The translations under genes and the position numbers were made by a program. DNA of 24,000 nt, from assembly GCA_037441665.1 (NCBI GenBank), contig JBBIRQ010000001.1, positions 358,666-382,665 of the forward strand, written 5' to 3'. The notes beneath the pieces are model-generated. The model did no database searches. It saw nothing but the letters and a program-made list of their open reading frames with translations, and was not told the origin of the DNA. Origin of the DNA: Anaerolineaceae bacterium (GTDB lineage: Bacteria; Chloroflexota; Anaerolineae; Aggregatilineales; Phototrophicaceae). Below, piece by piece: positions 19,101 through 24,000 of the stretch (within the stretch, counting starts at the first letter, position 1; each line of letters starts with the position of its first letter).

Positions 19101-20263
19101 TTATTGAGCGCTATAACGCCCGCACCAATAGCAAAAGCCCCCCCCCACACCAACACCATTGGCCACCAACGAATATTGGTGATAAGCCCTTCTACCTGCG
19201 ACCCTTGCCCTTCCTGACCGGGGACGACTGGCACGGCGGGTTGGTCGCTCGTTGGCTGGGTATGCGTGAACTCCTCAAAGATGAGGAGCGAAAAGCCAAT
19301 CGCAAAAGCGATGACCAACAACAAGGTCAAATCGCGCCACCGAATCTGCTCCGGGCGATGCCGAAAGGCCCAAAAAAGCCCTGCGGTAGCAACTGTGACG
19401 ACAAAAGCGATGATTAACAGCGTCCACAGGATAAAACTACTCTGCTCTACGGTCGTGAGTTCGGCAAAAGGCGTTCCACTGCCGGGCACAATCATCACGG
19501 GGATAATATCAATGATGATATACATCCCCAAGGCGCCCACCCCGCCCAATAAAATCCCTATCACGGTGAAATAAAAAAGGGTGCGGCCGGGCAGTTGCCA
19601 AAAATGCTGGGCCATGCGGACCAACCAATACAGCGTGATAAAAGCGCCGAAAATGGCGATATAGATAAATGCGGTCTCTTTGCTACCCAAGTTCAGCACC
19701 ATAGCGGCTGATAATAAATACAACCAGCGCGGTTTATGGCGCACCCCTTCCGGGCCGTTTAGGTACATCAGGATGGCATAGAACATCAAAATTGCGTAGA
19801 CAATCGAGGGGGTATCGTGGCGAATGTAACGATTGTAATACATCAACAGAGGCGAGATGAGGAGCATAACCCCCACTAACAAAGCGCCCCAACGCCCCAA
19901 CCAACGCCGAAATAATAGCGGCGTCATCACCATGAATACACCCAATGCCGCGGCATAAATACGCGCCGTGAAATCGTTAGCGCCAAACAGCGCGTAACTC
20001 AAAGCCGTCATATGAAAGAGAATAGGGCCATGCATCAACGGCGTATGGCGGAACTCCCCTTGCGCGTAGAGCTTATACGAAAAGTGGGTGTGTAGGCTCT
20101 CGTCATGGCTCATCACCCTATCGCCCAAAATGTAAAAGCGGGTGAAAAGGGCCAGCGCAAAAATAACGACCCACGCCACTAGCTCCCAATTGAGCGTGAA
20201 AACGCGGGAAAAGGTCTGATTCAAAACATTATCGGGGGTTTCGCGATGCGTTGTTGTCGCCAT
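16178..20263 (-). CDS. Giant GT-C (GT39-like, TIGR03663/Agl23-type) membrane protein fused to a C-terminal NHL-repeat beta-propeller
   Basis: N-terminus with VMSHDESLHTHFSYKLYAQGEFRHTPLMHGPILFHM and many TM helices; soluble domain DLVPWPYSWYFRDFPNA; C-terminus with NHL blades (RPLGIAVADNDRVYVAEENSHRISIF, RPNSVAVGNDGSLFVVDTWNYRIQQL, EPSSIVVGADGRVYVADYWNRRISVF). The track start is 20281 (TTG); GAGGA precedes ATG at 20263. Confidence 0.9.
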   Translation of the reverse strand: MATTTHRETPDNVLNQTFSRVFTLNWELVAWVVIFALALFTRFYILGDRVMSHDESLHTHFSYKLYAQGEFRHTPLMHGPILFHMTALSYALFGANDFTARIYAAALGVFMVMTPLLFRRWLGRWGALLVGVMLLISPLLMYYNRYIRHDTPSIVYAILMFYAILMYLNGPEGVRHKPRWLYLLSAAMVLNLGSKETAFIYIAIFGAFITLYWLVRMAQHFWQLPGRTLFYFTVIGILLGGVGALGMYIIIDIIPVMIVPGSGTPFAELTTVEQSSFILWTLLIIAFVVTVATAGLFWAFRHRPEQIRWRDLTLLLVIAFAIGFSLLIFEEFTHTQPTSDQPAVPVVPGQEGQGSQVEGLITNIRWWPMVLVWGGAFAIGAGVIALNNDGRLIRLKAFLAQFPEFDILMVMGTLILPWLTALIPYLMRATPQDYTAIAQSLPQFLNDLILSRPDVNSPQQVGQVVLGFLAWVPMMTLAIGLGLLWNWRQWLVASAIFHAIFAFFFTTVFTNIDGLATGMIYSLGYWLEQQGVRRGSQPQYYYLLIILPFYEFLPVLGSISGMFAAVTIFWRRRRKQIAIQDELSTLYASGYLKPKPDDVDLSSEQGVLEQKRLAAISADDVVLDADSVMTIERTSEMNERVRGLLARLAKLSQLEQVPFWLFVGWWAILNLVAYTLAGEKMPWLGTHMTLPMIFITGWFFGRIIERIDWGQFRRAGWVYVVLIPLFVTGFIQVILPFIVGRPPFAGLEQAQLARTGNWLAVVVLSGTVLAILWRFVRVTGWAHFRHMLAVGVFALLAVLTFRSAWMASFINYDLATEFLVYAHAAPAIKTVLEDIEDLSLRMTDGKALRFAYDDLVPWPYSWYFRDFPNAIYVGSSPTLQQLENTAVVVIGDGNRAKVEPLLEDRYYRYDYNRLWWPMQEYFYLTADRVLNFFDVSPQNTTAPLLRQGVLDIWWNRDYTTYGRAINKDFSLVNWPVADRMHVYIRKDFAAQIWNYGVGGGAVPNVLAELPTNQCNTNWMLLEATRVFEQSPLSLVRPLGIAVADNDRVYVAEENSHRISIFTKDGQFISTIGQQGRDETVGALFTRPNSVAVGNDGSLFVVDTWNYRIQQLTIGGEVIKRWGQAGEFGINAPQSPLDAFWGPRDVDIDEQNLAYVADTGNKRIRVYDISGPIAVHVRDIGTGGSGDGQIDEPSSIVVGADGRVYVADYWNRRISVFNRDGAFVVTFPVRGWYAEQGNRPYLALDEARQMLYVTDPDAGRVLVYNTDGECLGSFGQLAGEVYNNGQFRLVGGIDVDDEGYVYITDPSIGRVLKFEPFPQPQTMPEAPSAETTLEVVPEEAEATIELVIPQTEEATQEPLGDE

Positions 20264-20289
20264 AATTCCTCGGTTCATCAATGCTTACA

Positions 20290-20844
20290 TCATTTGCCGG
20301 CTGGTTCCGGCGTATTTTGCAATAACTGCGGCGCGAACCGTTCCGCGCTCGCTTGGGTACTGCTTAAAGCCACATCAGCTTGTAACGGGGCGATAAAGCG
20401 GTCGGGTGTGCCCGTCAAGAAGAGGCGCTGTCCTAAAACAATCGGCGACGGTTGGGAAGGCACCACAAAAGCGCCGCTACCGGTGCGCCATACTATCGGC
20501 GCGAGTAAAGCCATGAGCAACAACACCATTAGCAACCCGTAACTCACCGATTGCCGCTTCTCGGCCCGACGCACTGCCCCATCGGCGGGCGCTTGAACCA
20601 CCGACCAAATCGAATCAAAAGTCGGCACATGCCGTGCAGAAGGCGCATGCATCAGCGCATTTATATCGCGCGCGAGTTGGCGTTGGCGCTGATATTCAGC
20701 ATAACAAGCTGAGGACGCATCCAAATAACGCGCGATACGCTTGCGCGTCGCGGGGGGTAAATCGCCATGAATATAAGCAGGAAGCCGCGCTTTACAATAT
20801 TGCAACCGCCACCAATCTCGTAGATTATGCCACATATTCACCAT
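20290..20844 (-). CDS. Anti-sigma-factor-like single-pass membrane protein with degenerate zinc motif
   Basis: N-terminal CKARLPAYIHGDLPPATRKRIARYLDASSACYAEYQRQRQLA resembles the ZAS/zf-HC2 fold; one TM helix YGLLMVLLLMALLAPIVW; directly follows an ECF sigma gene. The track start is a TTG at 20850; ATG at 20844. Confidence 0.75.
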   Translation of the reverse strand: MVNMWHNLRDWWRLQYCKARLPAYIHGDLPPATRKRIARYLDASSACYAEYQRQRQLARDINALMHAPSARHVPTFDSIWSVVQAPADGAVRRAEKRQSVSYGLLMVLLLMALLAPIVWRTGSGAFVVPSQPSPIVLGQRLFLTGTPDRFIAPLQADVALSSTQASAERFAPQLLQNTPEPAGK

Positions 20845-20856
20845 CTTCAAACGAGC

Positions 20857-21444
20857 TCACACCCATAATTCTTCTAATAAACCGCGCCAGATAGGTTGTA
20901 ACACATTCCGCAAGCGCTCATGCGCCAAGCGAACGCGGCTCTCGGCCGTTTTTTGGGGACAACCCATCACTTCGGCAATCTCGCGAAAAGTTAACCCATG
21001 CCCATAACGTAACACTATCGCTTCGCGCAGAGGCGGCGATAAGGTCACTAACGCTTCGCTGATGGCATCTTCGGCGGCGCGCCGCGCCAATTGCCCCTCC
21101 GGCGTCTCGGACGTTGGCCCCCGTTGCAACACTTGAGTGATGTCTACCGTAGGCGGGCGCTGACGGCGATAAACATTGCGGCAACGGCTCACGGCAATAG
21201 TGTATAGCCATGTCTTAAAAGCCGACTTTTGCGCGTCATAGCGCCGCAGATTCTTAAAAGCGTAGACAAATGTCTCTTGTGTGATGTCTTCAGCATCTTG
21301 TTGATTCAACAACAAGCTATAACACAAACGATATACGCCTGCCGCGTAATGGTCATATAATTCTGAGAACGCTTGTTGCTGACCTTCAAGACAACGTTGA
21401 AGCGCCGCTTGAACATCAAATGAAGCATCTGAGCGAGCTGTCAT
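20857..21444 (-). CDS. ECF-type RNA polymerase sigma-70 factor
   Basis: Sigma region 2 AFSELYDHYAAGVYRLCYSLLLNQQDAEDITQETFVYAFKNLRRYD...FKTWLYTIAVSRCRNVYRR; region 4 LSPPLREAIVLRYGHGLTFREIAEVMGCPQKTAESRVRLAHERLR. Confidence 0.95.
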   Translation of the reverse strand: MTARSDASFDVQAALQRCLEGQQQAFSELYDHYAAGVYRLCYSLLLNQQDAEDITQETFVYAFKNLRRYDAQKSAFKTWLYTIAVSRCRNVYRRQRPPTVDITQVLQRGPTSETPEGQLARRAAEDAISEALVTLSPPLREAIVLRYGHGLTFREIAEVMGCPQKTAESRVRLAHERLRNVLQPIWRGLLEELWV

Positions 21445-21470
21445 CCGATTTTTGCCCCAGCTATGATTGA

Positions 21471-21499
21471 TTTATCCGTTTATATACACGCTCTGACAA
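21471..21499 (-). promoter_or_regulatory. Possible promoter of the sigma/anti-sigma operon (TTGTCA - 17 nt - GATAAA)
   Basis: Minus strand TTGTCA at 21499-21494 and GATAAA at 21476-21471, about 27 nt upstream of the sigma start codon at 21444. Confidence 0.4.
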
Positions 21500-21515
21500 A
21501 GCTTTCCTCAATGGA

Positions 21516-23447
21516 TTACGGCCTTTCGCTAGGCGGGACGCCATTATAAACATCCTGACGAAGCCATAGGATAACGGATTCTTTAGGTTGTTCAAGGTTG
21601 CGAATACGCCTTTGGGTCCACCATGCCAAGCTATTGCTCCATGACAAGGCGCGATTATCCCAAAAACTGCGGATATGAAACGACTGCCCCACATAAGAGC
21701 CGCCTAAGTTAGGCTGGACGAGTTGGTCAGATGTCAAAACGATTTGTTGTCGTTGGGCGGCAATCGGCGTGTTGACAAAACGCGCGTTCGGGAAATCCCG
21801 CAACAGCCACCCCATAACACCTGTAGGCGATAAAACAGCGTCCTGTGCCACAACATAAAGCGTCATCAACGGCACGCCGCGGCTATCGCGCTCGGCGATG
21901 TCGTACAAGGTCTGCCTTAGCAGGTAAGCATCCGGAGAGACAGCGTCAATATGCCACGGCTCAAGCGGGTTGCTGGCATGGGTGACAACAGCATTCCACC
22001 CGCTCCCCACACCCGTGATGAGCATAAAGGCGAACAACCCTAGACCCGCGCCTTGAAGCGGCGTTTTAGACCCATAAAAGCCAGCGACGACGAAAAAGCC
22101 TATCAGCATCAATAAGATGGTGATGACAGCCCAGATAGCCGCATAACGCAACATAACCAATGACGCATCCGTGAGGATGAACCACAAATTGACGTCCACG
22201 GGCAAAGCCAATAAAGCGCGGCCTATCGCTTGGAAATGCACGGATAGCATGCACAACAATATGAAAGCGACCAACGCCGTTACCCACTTGGCACGGGCGA
22301 TAGCGCGCATATATTCCGAATCGCTCATATTGATGAAGTCGTCATCCAACCAAAAGAAGGTCGAAGCGTCGTGAACCCAAAAATCAACGACGGCATAGCT
22401 CGCCCAATAGGTCAGCGGGATGACTAGCCACAAGGCATATTCGGCGCGCCCGCCGACATATACCAATGCCAAGCCCAAAGCCACTATCGCCCACGAGGCG
22501 CAAAAGCGGTCGGCTGAATTCAGCTCGCCGCGCCGCGACCGCAAGACATAACCGCCGATGGCGAACAAAATTAAAAACGGTTCATAAAAACCCAATACCC
22601 AAAGCGGATAAGCGGGCGGCGCGGAGGGGGTCGGATTCAAGAAACCGCCCAAGCTCGTCTCTAATAACTGCCCAACCATACCCAGCCCAGATGGATACAT
22701 CATGAACAAGGTGGCCGCCACAAACACCACGCCGCCGCCCACAGCCGAAGCCGCTAGCCATGGGAAATCCTTAAAAGTCTCCCCAAGCGCGTTGGTCTCC
22801 TCTTGGTCACCACGGGCAATAGCCAACGTTTGCCAGCTCAACGTTATAGCGGCGGAGATAGCGAGTGTCAAAGCCACTAAAGGGCCCGACGGCCCGCTTA
22901 AAAAAACCATCACAGCGAAACTACCAGCCCCCAACAAAGCATCCGCCCGCGCCAAGCGCAAGCGAAAGCGCCACAGACCCCACAAGCCGACCATAGTAAA
23001 AAGCAGTGTCCAAATCGTCGTCGAACTCGTGCGGGACGCCATTAAAACAATGGGGGAAAACGCCAACAACACAACCCACAAAAAGACGCGCGAGGGCCCC
23101 AAATAAGCGCGAAATAGTAAAGGCGTGAGCGCAAAGAATACGCCTCCCAAAGCGGTCAACAAACGCGAAGACGATTCATGAACGCCCAACAGCGTGAAAG
23201 AGACGGCCTGCAAGGCGAACATCAAGGGGCTATCGGGCAATTGCTCCCCTTCCGAGCCATGCAACAGCGGATAAACGCGCATCGCCTGTTCCGCTTCGGG
23301 CTGGCTCATCGGCACGCTATCGAGTTCAGCGAGGCGCAACACCAACGCCAAAAAGATGACGATACCATAAGCAACCCACTCTGCGGATAGTCTCAACGAT
23401 TTTTCTTGTGGGTCGGATAATAGGGTATCGCCCATTGTCGTTTCCAT
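21516..23447 (-). CDS. Second Agl23/TIGR03663-like GT-C-fold membrane protein, probably catalytically divergent, without NHL domain
   Basis: N-terminus DSVPMSQPEAEQAMRVYPLLHG...SSSRLLTALGGVFFALTPLLFRAYLG aligns by eye to the 16178-20263 protein; soluble C-terminal domain with shared RDFPNA. Internal ATG at 23447 (METTMGDTLL) avoids overlap with the upstream gene; the track start is 23513. Confidence 0.8.
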   Translation of the reverse strand: METTMGDTLLSDPQEKSLRLSAEWVAYGIVIFLALVLRLAELDSVPMSQPEAEQAMRVYPLLHGSEGEQLPDSPLMFALQAVSFTLLGVHESSSRLLTALGGVFFALTPLLFRAYLGPSRVFLWVVLLAFSPIVLMASRTSSTTIWTLLFTMVGLWGLWRFRLRLARADALLGAGSFAVMVFLSGPSGPLVALTLAISAAITLSWQTLAIARGDQEETNALGETFKDFPWLAASAVGGGVVFVAATLFMMYPSGLGMVGQLLETSLGGFLNPTPSAPPAYPLWVLGFYEPFLILFAIGGYVLRSRRGELNSADRFCASWAIVALGLALVYVGGRAEYALWLVIPLTYWASYAVVDFWVHDASTFFWLDDDFINMSDSEYMRAIARAKWVTALVAFILLCMLSVHFQAIGRALLALPVDVNLWFILTDASLVMLRYAAIWAVITILLMLIGFFVVAGFYGSKTPLQGAGLGLFAFMLITGVGSGWNAVVTHASNPLEPWHIDAVSPDAYLLRQTLYDIAERDSRGVPLMTLYVVAQDAVLSPTGVMGWLLRDFPNARFVNTPIAAQRQQIVLTSDQLVQPNLGGSYVGQSFHIRSFWDNRALSWSNSLAWWTQRRIRNLEQPKESVILWLRQDVYNGVPPSERP

Positions 23448-23470
23448 AATCAACCCTTTCAACGAATCCT

Positions 23471-24000
23471 CTATTGGCTCACCCGATAGATGCGGGAATC
23501 GCCCGATTCGCAAATGACCTCTAGATGTTCTAAGAATTTTTCCTCGCCCGCGCCGCCGTACTGTAAGCGCTCGGTCGTCCCATAGACGATATAATCTATG
23601 CCATAGCGTCGGATGATGTTTTCTGCCACATCCCAGCGTAAATCCGTATAGAGTTCATCCATATCTGCGCGGCGCGTGCCAGCAATCGCATCATACGTCG
23701 CCCCGCGCCATTGGCGCTCGTGATTTTCCCACCCCAAGACGATAGAGATACCTGTTAAAGCGCCCACACGGCCATACCATGCGTTATAGGCATCGCGCAC
23801 TGCTTCGGCAACAACAGCGGAATCTCCCTGCACTATATCGCCCAAGCACATCACGACCGCATAATCATCAGCGGTCACCATCGAACGCCCGCCATCGAGC
23901 GTCCAAGCGGGCTGTAGATACAACTGTCCATCACGGATACGAACGACGCCCTCTTCATTAGCGGTCAATGTGCGCCCGCCAGCAATCCCTTCGCCGATGA
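23471..24000 (-). CDS. C-terminal part of a Chlor_Arch_YYY-type (TIGR03662-like) integral membrane protein, continues beyond the right edge
   Basis: Frame is open to 24000 (IGEGIAGGRTLTANEEG...). VLGWENHERQWRGATYDAIAGTRRADMDELYTDLRWDVAENIIRRYGIDYIVYGTTERLQY resembles the conserved C-terminal segment of that family. The track M at 23968 is only an internal TTG. Confidence 0.75.
   Translation of the reverse strand, partial: IGEGIAGGRTLTANEEGVVRIRDGQLYLQPAWTLDGGRSMVTADDYAVVMCLGDIVQGDSAVVAEAVRDAYNAWYGRVGALTGISIVLGWENHERQWRGATYDAIAGTRRADMDELYTDLRWDVAENIIRRYGIDYIVYGTTERLQYGGAGEEKFLEHLEVICESGDSRIYRVSQ

Noticed and set aside
1-24000. CRISPR arrays, rRNA/tRNA genes, transposases, phage or toxin-antitoxin/defence genes
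   Set aside because: No regularly spaced repeats, no RNA gene signatures and no recognisable transposase, Cas or defence protein among the ORFs; by-eye inspection only, so small ncRNAs cannot be ruled out.

Overview
The window looks like a bacterial chromosomal region, probably Chloroflexota-like (inferred from the Chlor_Arch_YYY/Agl23-type membrane proteins; not proven). The left and middle parts are mostly housekeeping genes: recJ (partial, -), fmt, a YkgJ-like Cys-cluster protein and a PspC-domain protein (+), a PPP-like metallophosphoesterase and a small membrane protein (-), mdh and pckA (-), two small unknown ORFs and era (+), and a long minus-strand nusA-rnpM-infB-rbfA-nrnA-truB-ribF translation/RNA cluster. 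The right third (16.2-24 kb) is the accessory and more interesting part. It holds an ECF sigma factor, a membrane-anchored anti-sigma-like protein with an eroded zinc motif, a 1.36-kaa GT-C/Agl23-like membrane protein fused to an NHL beta-propeller, a second Agl23-like paralog that seems to have lost its catalytic Asp and has no propeller, and the C-terminus of a Chlor_Arch_YYY-type protein. Notable non-coding signals are a near-perfect CRP-like 22-bp palindrome upstream of pckA, a TTGACA-18-TACAAT promoter upstream of nusA whose spacer is a palindrome and whose leader contains a terminator-like hairpin, a strong mdh terminator, and era/ribF stop codons overlapping in one TTAA. I see no CRISPR array, rRNA, tRNA or mobile element, and no clear defence system.
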